NCBI RefSeq assembly: GCF_011745625.1
Contig: NW_027191460.1
Location: 558,001-622,000 of the forward strand
Length of the DNA stretch: 64,000 nucleotides
Direction of reading: 5' to 3'
Source of the DNA: Cladosporium halotolerans
Taxonomy: Eukaryota
Shown in pieces: positions 49,538 through 61,805 of this stretch; the stretch's first letter is position 1; each line of letters opens with the position of its first letter. The notes under the pieces are model-generated. The model saw only the letters and a program-made list of their open reading frames with translations. It ran no database searches and was not told where the DNA came from. Made by a program: the position numbers and the translations under genes.

Positions 49538-51033
49538 AGCATTGCATTTGGCAAACCGTGCATTAAGACTTTTTGATTGGTTTATGAGCTACACACGCCG
49601 CAGCGGCGTTTTGGGACGCCAGCACAACAGGCTTGCGATTGGATTCGATACCCGGAATTTAGGATGTATGAGGTACTTGCATGTGTACAAATAAGGAGTG
49701 CCACAAGGCTGTGGACTAGGACTCCATATTTTGAAACTTGATTTTGCGGCTAGACCGGACCGCACACGTGTTCGTGACCCGCTCACTCACCGTATCGCAC
49801 TCCACTTCTTGCCGATAAGACTTGAAGGTAAAGAACTGCATGGAAATCAAGTCTGTGGCATCACTTCTGCGTGAAGCATACGCCGGAGCTTTCGTGTACA
49901 TTTCCGTGCCGGAGGCTGACGTATATACGCCGCAATGGTTACAGTCTTACCTTATCAGCTCATGTCGTGTACACCAGGGGAAAGTATCATTGTCTTGAGG
50001 CCAAATTGCTCATTCCGCGCACGATCATTGTTCAGTGGGCCGGTCTTCAGCTTTCGGTGGGCTTCTCTGGACGGTTCGTCGGATTACCCAATCGAGCGAT
50101 GACTTTGGCTTTTGGGCTGAAGACTCGTGATAGAAATGGGGACAGTCCACTCCAAAGATAGCGATCGCGGAAAACCTTTTCGGCTCTGCCTTGATCGAAC
50201 GAAGCGCCAGGTCTGGCGATGTCGTGATCATCATCGGGGTTGGTGAAGCTGTAGCGATGATGGATAGACTTTCGCCAGCTGATTCGGGACCGTCGCAGTG
50301 GGCTCACCTCGTTTCAGGGACTTCAGTCGTGCTGTGGTTCGCTCTCAAGGTTATACTCGCCCACGTGCGCTAAGAAGGTGCGGAAGAAGTTTCGAGTGCT
50401 GCTGGCAAAAGGGCAGGTCTAGCGTATATGCAAGTGGTAGGCCGAAGCGGATCTGCAACCAGCTAGCTGGCCGGACGAGCCGCGCCGGGGTGTCCTTTGG
50501 ACCCTCTTACTCTCAGGTGAGCAAAAGACTATGCAAGATCTCGGTCATGATCGCACGGGTCACGTGTTCACCATGAGCTGCACATATCTTGTTGCATGGC
50601 GGGCCAAGAAGGCTTCCCTCCAGACGAATGAGCCTGCCGCCGTCATACGTCAGCGCGCAATCAACCAGCGCACGCCGGGAATCCTGCCTCAGATGTGTGG
50701 AGATGGCAAAGCTTGGGGTCGTCTAGTGCGGAGTCCACCTCAGGCGGACCCGGGGCCGCCGGGGCCATAGAGACAGGGCGCGGGCCAGACACGCCATCAC
50801 ACATCGCACTAGAACTTTGCCAGACCCGCACCGCTGGCACGGTAGTCATTGCAGACACCGAAACTTGCCTCGACGCACCTACAGCACTCTCACCGTCCAC
50901 AGCACGCCGAAATTCGCCACCTCACCCCGATCCGCCGCACGCGATAGCAGATGTGGAAGGGTAGCCGGACCGCGCACTACTCCTCGAGCCAGCGCGCCTG
51001 GAGCGACCAGTTGCGCCTGAAGTAGCAGCAAGC

Positions 51034-54000
51034 ATGGATATCGTGCATACAACCGGACCACCGCCCGCCGATAACGAATCAGGCCAGAGCGGCGGCAAGA
51101 ATCAGGCCAAACCACTGCGCTTTGTCACCAACTATGGCGCGCCTCATCCGAAGCGCCGGCGCATCGGAGCGGCATGTTTGACGTGTAGGAAGAGGAAGAC
51201 AGCTTGTAGCGGTGAGAGCATTTCGACGAGCCATGAATGACCGAGCACACACACTGATTCTGTTTCACGTTGTAGGCGAGCGACCCTTCTGCGATACTTG
51301 CAAACAGAACAAGCTCGATTGCGCGGGATACTCCAACGAGGCACCTGCTAGTAGTAACACCAAGCGGGCCGAGTCTGAGAATCCAACCCGACCGGCGCTC
51401 GAGACGAGAAAATCACAGACAAAAGTAGGAGGCGAACATAACGTACAAGAAAGCCGGCTAGAGCCGCCGACCGCAACGCTAAAACACACTCCGTCGACGT
51501 CGGCTTCTTCGAACAATGTCAGCGAAGCTTCACCGAACGGTGTCAATCTTCCGCAGGATGCAACAGCAGCGGCAGCAGAGCTTGGTGTACCCGAGCAACC
51601 GCTATTCGCTGGATCGCGAAACAGGATGCCTTATTTTCGTTGGCTAGGACCAACCGCCATCATGCCAGGCTTCAAGCAGATGGTTGTCAAAGTGAAACGC
51701 CAGGAGAGCGAGCTCACTCGATCTTCCACTGATGGTGGAGGTGCAGCTGGCATGAAATCTCCGTCTCTCAACAATGCTAGTACTGGAACAGATTACCGTG
51801 CACCTTCACGATTCAACACGACTCCAGCAACAGTCGAAAGTGAGACAAGAACTCCGATCAATCTTCCGTTCTACGATAATAGCGCCATGCCACCGAGTGA
51901 GCTCATTACCCATCTTGGACAGACATTTTTCACGCACCTCGGATGTAACTATCCTTTCCTGCAGCGGGACCGCTTTCTGCGAGACCTGGAAGAAAAGCAG
52001 GTGGATGCAATCTTGGTGGACGCGGTCTGTGCGCTAGCAGCACGTTTCTCAACCCATGAACTCTTGACACAACAACGAAATCGGGATGGCAGTTCCTTTG
52101 CGCCGGCAGAATATGGCTCCGCCTTTGGGATGCGCGCTAAGACTGCGCTGATCAACACATTTGCTGTGCCGAGTGTAGCTGCCGTACAGGCTGCTTTGCT
52201 GCTGGCTTATAACGAATTTGGCGAAAGCCGGGACAGTGGCCTTTGGATGTATTTGGGTATCGCCATACGCCTCGCGCAAGACCTTGGCATGCAGAACGTG
52301 CAGGGTTTGAAATACAAGGGAATGGAAGGACCAACGCCACGACAGGTTAAGCGCCACTCGATGTGCGAAAGCGATTATGACAAGCCCCGCGCGGCTCCTA
52401 AACCGCCTGGGAAACCCCAGCCTAGCCCGGAGGCCGTGATGGATGTGGACGAACACAAAGCGGTTGAGCAAGAACGAGTCGACACATTCTGGGCAATCTT
52501 CCTCCTGGATCGCGTCGTTGCCTCAGGCACAGGCAGACGGAGCACACTGAGAGACAAGGACATCGAAGTCTCGTTCCCACCACTTGGCGGCACCCTCCAC
52601 CAATCTGACTGGCCTCAACCGTTTCCAGCATTGATACGGATTGTACACCTGTACGGACGAGTCGCCGATCTGCTCAACAGTATCAAGTCGCCTGCAGATG
52701 TCAATGCCGAGACGTCAAAGCGATTGGCATCGATGGAAAGCCAGGTGACCAACTTCTACCAAGGTCTTTCAACCCGACTACATTTCGATGCGGTCAACTT
52801 TCAGTACTACATGAAAGCTGGAGAAGGCACTAACTTCGTTCTGCTGCATTTCTGGTTCCACATGCTCATCGTGCTCCTGCACCAACCCACTCTGCTGAAG
52901 ACATTCGAGGGCCGAATGCTGCAACTGTTCCCCAACAGCCAGCAGCTCAGTATGAGTTCGGCCAAGACCATCGCTGACATTCTGAGCTACTCTCAGCTCA
53001 TGGATGCTAAAGCGCCTCTGGGTAACCCTTTTACAACTCAACCCATTTACATCGCAGCCTGTGCGTTCCTCAAGGAGACTGCGGAGCAGACTGCGTCATC
53101 AAACGCGCATAGCCGTGCCCCAAGCCCGACAAAATCGAGCAGTAATGGTCGTTCGGACAGCGGCAAATCTGGAGCAAGCACGCCAAAAGGGAGCAAAAAG
53201 TATTCTGTATCTACCGGATCGATTGCGACGCCCACCGGCCCGCGAACACCTGCGACTGGTACTGTGGCAGACAGAAGATCTTTGGCCAAGCATACTCTAT
53301 TGGCCACAGCTGCCAGTCAACATTATCAGCTTTGTTACAAGGCGCTGCAGTCTCTTGAGACTTATTGGGGTGGCACAAAGTACATTCTCACTGTGCTTGA
53401 CCAGAAGTTTGAAGGTGTCGGAGATCCCGTTCTGTACACTGCAGAGGAAGGCGAGAGCTCACTGGAGGCACCAAAGCCAGACCCGTCGTTCACAACCCCA
53501 GGCTGGAGACGTAGGTTGAGCTGGGGAACTCAGTCTACCACTGCGTTTGGCAGGGATTTCTTGCAAGGCGCTGAAGGTGAGCCGGGAGACCATGGCAAAG
53601 GTAAGCCAACATTTGTCGTTGAATAGTATTATCGATCCCGGCTAACGTTTTGAAAGCTATCGGCTGGACTCTTACCGGTATTATGAACTCGCCTTCGACA
53701 AACCTGGCCTGGCATTACCCTCGTGAATTTTCAGAGTTCCGCGACAGCGCGCTTCCCCCATCACAAGCCGTCAGCGACCACAACTCAAGTCATCTCTCTG
53801 CGTCAGTTCCGCCCAAACATGTGCGCAGCTCTTCGGGACCCTCTCAGTTAGCACCAAACGTCAAACCTGGTTTGCAGCCATACCAAAATTCTGGAAGCGC
53901 TGTTTCAGATGCTTCACTCCTCCTAGGACTCAACAACCCCTATGGAAACTCCAACCTGCATTCTCCCAACATGTTGCCATTCCAATCTTCGACATCAACG

Positions 54001-54282
54001 CCGAACATGCACGATCGCGGGACCACTCAACAAAACAACAACGCTTATCCTGCTCCTGCTCAGCAGCCGGACATGGGACCATATCCTGAAATGCAACCTT
54101 TCGGTGACATGATGATCGAGTCTCAGGACGTCGACATGAGCATGCTGGGCCTCGACATGATGCCCTGGTTTGATGCTCCTTATGGGAGCGGTCCGGACAT
54201 GATGGGATTGTTTGACACAAATGTTGGCGGAGATTCGATCACTGGCGCACAACAGGAGCCAACGCGTCAAGGTGGCCGTTGA
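51034..54282 (+). CDS. Zn(II)2Cys6 transcription factor with fungal-specific TF (middle homology) domain
   Basis: ACLTCRKRKTACSG|ERPFCDTCKQNKLDC across intron 51212-51275; WMYLGIAIRLAQDLG; ERVDTFWAIFLLDR. Second intron 53601-53656. Confidence 0.93.
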
Positions 54283-54729
54283 GAATCCACATAACGTGCC
54301 TCCACTTCAAATCAATTTTTCAAACGCCATTAATATGATCTACGAAATGCTACGGGAAGCCTTGGAGATATCATTGCATCGTTGCGACTTTAGCGAGGCG
54401 TTACGGGAATGGACGGCTGGGATGCCAAATTATGGATGTGTGGATAATAGCTGTATGTGTACAACTATCATATGTGTGTACTCTTGCTCTTCATGATGAA
54501 TGCTACGACTTACCTAATGCTTTACATTGCGCTTATCTTGGCCCCATTTGGCTTCGTTGTGCGTGCATGAACAGCAATCGCCGACCTCGGCAATTCATTC
54601 GAGCATCGTCGACATGTACCTCACGCCTCTCCAACCACGCGTTAATATTAATATCCACACAGGCCGTTCTTGTAGAAACAATCATTCGAAATTCAATAAG
54701 AACAAAGGTCATTGCTCCAAATATCCTCA

Positions 54730-55602
54730 ATGTCCACTCCCAACCCCCGCCCCAAACCCCAACCCGCCTACCAATCACGCCCCGGCTCCATCCTCCATGC
54801 CAACCAAACCCTCTACACCCGCATCGCCACCGCCGCCCGCAAACCGCCCAGAACAACCTTCACCCTCCCTCCGCGCTCCGGTCGCGCCTGGCTCGCGCCC
54901 GCCCGCTCCATCATCCGCATCTCAACACCCGAAGGCCCCCAAGTCGGCGACCTGAACATCTGGAACGCGCACAACCCCCGCGAGCGCTTCTGGGCCGCCC
55001 GCACGAGGCAATTGCACGCGAGCCACGTGAGCACTCGCGATAGACTGTGGAGCTGTCTGCCTTACCTCCGGCCGCTCGCGACGATCGTCGCGGATTCTTT
55101 GGCGGATTACGGCGTCGACGAGTGGGGAGGCAGATGCCATGACTTGCTCGGCACGCGCTGCGATCCCTACGTCAACGCCATGCTGACGGGCGACCAGTAC
55201 GATTACCAGTGCCACAGCAACTTGACGCGTGCGGTGCTGCCGTTCGGCTTGACGGAGTTCGACGTTCACGACGTGCTGAACATCTTCCAGGTCACGGGCT
55301 TGGATGAGCAGGGGCAGTATTTCATGGAGGCGAGTCCGGCGAAGCGCGGGGATTTCATCGAGTTCTTCGCGGAGCAGGATCTGCTTATGGCTTTGAGTAC
55401 GTGTCCTGGTGGGGATTTGAGTCAGTGGGGTTGGGGGGAGGGCGAGGGCGAGGGTGGGATGAAGGAGTGCTGTCGGCCGTTGAAGGTGGAAGTTTTTGAG
55501 CTGGACGATGAAGGGGACGTGTTGGAGGGATGGGAGGAGCCGGGTGTGCCGAAGTATAAGGGGAGGCATGGACTGGGAATTCCGGTTGGGGAGGGGCAGT
55601 GA
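54730..55602 (+). CDS. DUF1989 / urea-carboxylase-associated family protein
   Basis: ATG 54730 (MSTPNPRP). GPQVGDLNIW, HDLLGTRCDPY, CHSNL, VHDVLNIFQ, GDFIEFFAEQDLLMALSTCPGGDL. Confidence 0.9.
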   Translation: MSTPNPRPKPQPAYQSRPGSILHANQTLYTRIATAARKPPRTTFTLPPRSGRAWLAPARSIIRISTPEGPQVGDLNIWNAHNPRERFWAARTRQLHASHVSTRDRLWSCLPYLRPLATIVADSLADYGVDEWGGRCHDLLGTRCDPYVNAMLTGDQYDYQCHSNLTRAVLPFGLTEFDVHDVLNIFQVTGLDEQGQYFMEASPAKRGDFIEFFAEQDLLMALSTCPGGDLSQWGWGEGEGEGGMKECCRPLKVEVFELDDEGDVLEGWEEPGVPKYKGRHGLGIPVGEGQ

Positions 55603-55779
55603 GGACTGTAGATGAAGGCGGGTGATGACTCTCGAGCCTTGGTTTCCAAGAGGTGGAAGCCTCTAAATATGGGCTTGGATTGCTTAAGCTAAGCTCGACC
55701 GATGATGAGAAGGCGTTGAGCTCTCTCCCGTTAACTATTCTCGCCCGTTGGTCACAGTCGAGGTAGAGAATCAGCTCCA

Positions 55780-58001
55780 TTACTCTCCATCACACACTTT
55801 GGTGAAAGCATCGAGCAAGGTCTGTGAACAGTGTCAGTGTAAGACTTCAACCACCAAGCGCATCTGTTCGCTCTGCTTACCGCGAAGCTGCAGTCCTCCA
55901 TCGAGCCGAACACGCGATTCTTTGTCATTTTCGCCTGCGTCGCACGCGGACTTGCGATACCAAAAGCAATACGAGCCAGGTATCGGGGATCATCGCGCTC
56001 GGGAACCGCTTCGAGTACTTTCGCGAATGCCTTGCTATCCCAAGGGACCTGTGGTGGCTTCTTGAGCTCCACTGGCTGATGCGTCTCGCACCAAGTACAG
56101 TGCCCGCATTCTTGCGCCTTGTCTGGCAACTCGTCACCAAAATGCTTCGCCAAAGCCAACGCGAAGCACTGCTTGCCGACGACGAGGTTGGTGACTTGGT
56201 CCATACGTTCCAGATCTTGCTGCTCCCGGATCTCCAACTCTCGGTACACTTTATCTGAAAGAGCCTGGCGGTCTTGACCAGTAGAGGGGAGCGGTTTGAG
56301 CACCAGATAGATCTGGTGCACATTCTTAGTCTCCAGCTGTATGAAACCGCGCTCGTTCCAGTCGTTCAGTCTGCTGACGATGCTCTCCCTCGAAATGCTT
56401 CCCTTCTTTGAAACTGAGTCCACGTCTACGTAAGTCCACAGCTTGGCTTTCCTGGATCCTTCCAGGATGGCTTGAGCAACGGGGGAGTTATCTGTTGGTA
56501 GCTTCAGCTCCTTGTACTGATATTGTGTATACTTCGGTGTGGTCTCTCGGATGAGACCAAATCGAAGCTCCAATTGTGCGAAGATATTCTTTGCCACAGT
56601 TTGCTTGATGTCCCATTCTTTGCTGACCTGCTGGAGACTAAGCTCTATGATCGTGCCTTTACCTGTGCCAGAGACCATGGTAGAGAAGACATTTTGGATC
56701 ATCGAGCGCACGCTTTGTCTGGAAGGCAAATCACCGCGTGTGAAACTCTCTCGAAGATGGAAGTCTTCGGCGCACATGAACAGCATGCAATGGCTTTCCT
56801 TGCCATCTCTGCCTGCGCGACCGATTTCTTGCGAGTATCCCTCGAGACTGCGTGGAATGTCGTAATGGATGACGTTACGGATATTGGCCTTGTCTATGCC
56901 CATGCCGAAAGCGATCGTTGCGCAAATGATCATGTTCTTCGATGCCATGAATTCATCCTGGCATGCGACCTTCTCGTCTGGAGCCATGCCAGCATGGAAG
57001 TGACGACTCCTGAGTTTGCTCCTTCGTAGTCGGTCTGCTAGCTGCTCGGCGTGTTTTTGAAGAGTCACGTACACGATGCTCGGTCCTGGATGTTGGTTCA
57101 AGAATTTGATGAGCTCAGGATACGACTCTTCCTTTGTCAGAAACGATCTCGCGTGCAGGTGTAGGTTGTCGCGGTATGTCGGAGTGCGAAAGACCCCTTC
57201 TTCGGGCGGGATGTCGAATGCCTTACAAACGTCTTCTGCAACTTTGGGCGTGGCGGTGGCAGTGAGACAGATCACGCGCTCCGCCTGGATTTCTTTAGCG
57301 AATCGCGCGACTTTCAGATAGTCCGGTCGAAATGCGTGACCCCATTCTGAGATGCAATGTGCTTCATCGACGGCGAGAAGCCGGACCCCACCCTTGACGC
57401 TCGCCATTGAAGCGACAAAGCCTTCGTTGTTAAGCCTTTCGGGAGCGCAATAGAGGATGTCAAGCATCCCCTCTCGCATGTCCTCGACCGTCGACATGTA
57501 TTCCTCTTTAGATTTACTCGAGTCCATGGCCTCTGCGCGAATGCCAAGACGCTTCAATGCGTCTACTTGGTCTTTCATTAATGCGATCAGTGGGGAGACG
57601 ACCAGTGTGATACCACCCTCGGCGTGACCTTGCCGTACGCCATGGAGCTTATCTAGGCGCTTGATCGCAACACCAGGCACCTGGTAACATAGTGATTTGC
57701 CGCCTCCAGTAGGGAACACCACGACTGCGCTTCCACCACGAAGCACTCTGCTGACGGCGTGTGCTTGCTTAAGGCGAAAGGCTGGGAGCTTGAAACGGCT
57801 CTGGAGGACTTCTGTCGCAATATTGAGAGCTGCATCCGTTGTTTTTGGCACTTTACTCGGCGGCTCATTGTGTTGTTCGGACCCCGTCCTCGCATGCTTT
57901 CGGCTGCCGTTCAGGGTGCCATTGTCGGCCTGATCGGCCACGGCCTGTAGCTCAAGTTCGTCGGACGAGGAGAGTCCGAAGTCATCGTCACTCATGCTCA
58001 T
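55780..58001 (-). CDS. RecQ-family ATP-dependent DNA helicase lacking an HRDC domain
   Basis: FPTGGGKSLCYQ, VDEAHCISEWGHAFRPDY, LTATA, ATIAFGMGIDK, QEIGRAGRDG; C-terminal QCF...CGHCTWC. Intron 55880-55822 gives the terminus TLLDAFTKVCDGE*. Confidence 0.93.
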
Positions 58002-58909
58002 TTTGGTAGCGTATTGTGTTTGGAGAGAGAATCATGTCTCGAGGGGTACTTGTTGCAGTGGAACGGATCCACGATGCTGTGGCGTTGACACCAAGTTTGC
58101 GGCGCGCGTGGCGGGGCGTGTTCGACGCGACTGCTGGGCGAACCTCAGGGGTCACGTTCGAGGCTTCACTTGTTCCGAGAAATTTGTTTTACATTGACAT
58201 AATCAAAGCCTTATGTTTTGAAGTTGAAAAGCAAATTGTAGACATTACTTGAAACTCAGAGAAGCATGCTATTGAGACGCGCGACGTATTTTCCAACGAC
58301 TTACTTTCGTTGCGTTTAGCAACATTGAGCAGGATACCGAGAATGAAGCCATATTCAGAACCGAACCCATTACAAGTGACAGGTAATATGTACCCTGAAG
58401 ATTGTTCCACACCTCAACGCGAAATCAGACAAGCCTTAATCGCTCGCCGCCTCATTACACGAGCGATCGGCAATCTGCGCAGACCTAATCATCTTCGCCT
58501 TGGTTCCCGCACATAGGAAGGTTCATTCGGAGGGTTGAGTCGGAGGCTGGAGCGTTTGAACAGAGAGGCCATCCACCGATCATCGATGTGAACGTTGCCA
58601 TCAGGCAAGAATTTGGGCGCATCTACCTCGTAGCAATCCCGGCGTGGAGTATTTCCACGATGTGCATCGCGAATGCGACCATGGTGATGTAGGCAAATAC
58701 CATCTTGTCAAGGTGACATCTGAGTTCCTGAGACTAAGCACTGATGCGTGTCGAAAATCATTTGAATCTATGGTGGCGGTCTTCTAGTTGGGTGCTAGCC
58801 AGAAGGCTGATACGGAGCGACTGGTACAGAGGAGCATTGATGTTAGCAAGGCAATCATCGTTATGGCTGGAACTAGCACAGTCTCCATCGCTGTCTAGCC
58901 ATCGTGAGA

Positions 58910-59752
58910 CTATTTAAATAGGTATTTCTGGATGAGTTTGCCCGGCTCATCCAATTCTTCTTCGCGGATCAAGCCAACAGTCAACCAGACCAAAGCCTCG
59001 CCCGCAGTCTCCCACGTGAACGTACGGCACTTCTGCGTCCTGGCGTTGACTATCTCTACTTTCTTTACTTCGACAGTCGACTCTCTGATGCACAGAAAGT
59101 AATCCCCACGCCAGTCCTTCTCTACCCGTGATTTCGTGAAATGCGACGCCATAGCGCTCACATCACTTGTATTGACGCCATCCCATTCGGCTAAGATGGT
59201 GCCTGTGTCTCTGTGCCTGCCGACCAGGCCACCGTCGACAGTATCCGCGATGTCCGCTACATTTCTTCGTGCCGCGGCGCTTAGATCCACAAGTATGGCG
59301 AACGCGTTACGAGGATAGAGGGGCAGACTGGCGTTAGCGAGCACGTCGTCCTTCCAATCTGTGTTGTCAATACTGAGAGATGGTAGAGCGTAACAAAGCT
59401 CATGCGCTTTCTCACGCACAGCGTCAGGGGCGCCTTTATAATTGAGGTTCACGCAGAGTAGACCCTCTTTGAGCACATCTTGGCGGTCGGCGATGAGGAG
59501 AAATCCTTGATTGACGTCGTTCCGATCTCTGTGGGTGGCGAGGATATCGGTTGGTCGAGCAGGTGAGTAAAGTATAGCTTTCCATGTTTCTGCGTCGACG
59601 TCTTCTGTTGACAGCTATGTGAGACCTTAACTATAACGGCATCTAGCCACTCAAGACTTACCAGCCACAAGACTATCTTTGATCAAGTCTCGAAGGTCCA
59701 AGTTGACCTCTTGAGTCTTGTACACGGCGAACGGGCGAAAATCGTCTACCAT
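58910..59752 (-). CDS. Hypothetical protein (~260 aa), two exons
   Basis: ATG 59752 (MVDDFRPFAVYK...SLVA), GTAAGT donor at 59661, CAG acceptor at 59605, then an open frame through the 58910-59476 ORF. No family recognised. Confidence 0.65.
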
Positions 59753-60614
59753 TTCGTTGGTTGCTTTGAGCGGCTTAATATTTGTGAGCTGGATTGTCTA
59801 GATGCCGAAAATCTTTCGTACAGCCTTCAAGGCCTGGATGAAAGTTTGACTACACCTGGGATGAATGTCTTGGTGCCTAAAGAGATGAGCTTGGGATTGT
59901 CTTTTGTGGAACTTTGTCTCAACGGTTGTATCCGATCTGCATCGTGTGTAAATCGGGCGTCACAAGATAGCCGTACTCGATCGATCGCAAGAGCCGACGA
60001 CAAGATGCCTTTTCGGTGCGATTAGAAACCCGGGGTCTTGGGCACGTGTATGTTCATCGACCTTGCTTACTTCGGCGGAGGAGGTCTCGCGCAGCATGAT
60101 GTTGTTGGCGGCACGATTTTCAGTCCTTCGTCGACATCAAGCTCTATTACAACGACACACATACGAAAAGAATGATTGCAAGTGTGGTGAGAGAAATGCC
60201 ACAGATTATTGAGCTTTTCGATGATCATATCGCGTTCAAAATCCGTGTAGCGATGTCGCCCCCGCCTTGAGTGCAGACTCGTCTTTCCTGTACATCAGCC
60301 TGGCACTCTCGAGCGCTGACTTCCGATGACACTACTTCGAGTCCAGTAAATACTGTATCGCCCGAGGTAATATCGACTGGATTGTGTTGATGACACGGCA
60401 ACGGCAGAGGCCGAGTCTAGACCAGGAGAGCCCTCTAGGCAAACAACAAAGATGGCATTCACAGCCGATTTGCGGGGTTGCGTCATGGCACAAACTTTAC
60501 CCCATGCTTGTTCCTCCATGTCGTTTGCGTCCAGCACCATCATCCCATTACGCATCCATGCCTCGATGACCAGATCCATCTGATACCACCGGGATCCATG
60601 CTTCTTCATTCTAC

Positions 60615-61623
60615 ATGATGCGCCCTGGGCTGATGTGCACGCTCTTGCCATCACGCCTTTTCCGCCACAGCAACAATGGCAGCGCCGTGACTAGCGCTGT
60701 CAGAGCTGCTGCCGTCGATTGCAACAACCCTGCGGCCTGCTTGCGGAACTGCCGTTGCTTTGCTCGTGTTCATGATCTGGACCAGCTGAACCGCGAGGTC
60801 TGGTTCGCTAGTAGTGCGCCGAGGAGCGTACCAGAGTCTGGCTTGGGAGGGGACAAGAAGCCTCCAGATGAGCGGACTCTACAGCTTGGGAAGAGTAGGT
60901 TTGCTGCTTGCTTGACCATGCCGGCAACAATACTGATGTCCAACAGCGGTTAGGACACTACACGAGCGGCTGCCAACCTTGCTGGAGACGCCTTTGCCTT
61001 CCGAAATCCTCTCGCCACGCATTAGCCTTCATTTGTTCCCGTCCACCCACCCTCACCTCCCGACCGTTTCTGGAAAAATTGCATACATAGCAGCGCTATG
61101 GACGGCGCCTGTAGCTTGGGGCCGGATCCCGTTAGTCGGCAATGTCAAGCTCACCATCACATCTGAACGGATGATTCGCAACGGCGGAACCACAAGTCCA
61201 CTTGAGAACAGGGACGAGAAGCTGGTTGTGAAGTGGAAGACATGCGGAAAGACCGAGCATCGCGACGGAACAGGTGGTATCTACCGGCCAGTCGGCATTC
61301 GTGCTCGCGACCCAATGGAGAAGATCAAGAATTTCATTTCTGGTACAAAGAACGGCGAGGCCCACGAAGAAGAAGCGGAGGAGTTCTGCGGTATCTTCAT
61401 ATTCGAGTTCGACGAACAGGGCCGGATCGCAAAGCATACTATCGAGCACAGCGAACAAGGAGGCAATTGGGATAAGATGACGAGAGTTGTCAGCGTGACA
61501 GATTGGTTAATCGGCACGTTCAACGGCAAGAGGAATCAAGAGCTGCCCGGACTGGCGTGGTGCGAGGAGCGACCGAACGGATCGCATATCAGGATAGTGG
61601 ATCGCTCGAGAAGGATCTGCTAG
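60615..61623 (+). CDS. Conserved fungal protein, possibly mitochondrial (C6orf136/DUF2358-like NTF2-type fold, tentative)
   Basis: Arg/Ser-rich N-terminus. KPPDERTLQLGK|TVRTLHERLPTLL across intron 60895-60946; FPSTHPHLPTVSG; FCGIFIFEFDEQGRIAKHTIE. Confidence 0.75.
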
Positions 61624-61805
61624 ATGTACAGGATATACCCACTGGTGAGGCGTTATGGTTCACATAGCCGCGAGCGTCGTCTGGGTCTGACGGGTTGAGG
61701 TTTGTATTTGTTACTCCACTCGATTATTTGTATATGTATCTCCGCCCCTTACGATACGATTTTACGGCTCTGAACGCAATCTCTCTTGAATTCAGGAAAT
61801 GTCCA

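Noticed and set aside
54283..54729. Guanidine riboswitch upstream of the DUF1989 gene
   Set aside because: No ykkC-type or paired ACGR-hairpin motif was evident to me, and such riboswitches are not established in fungi.
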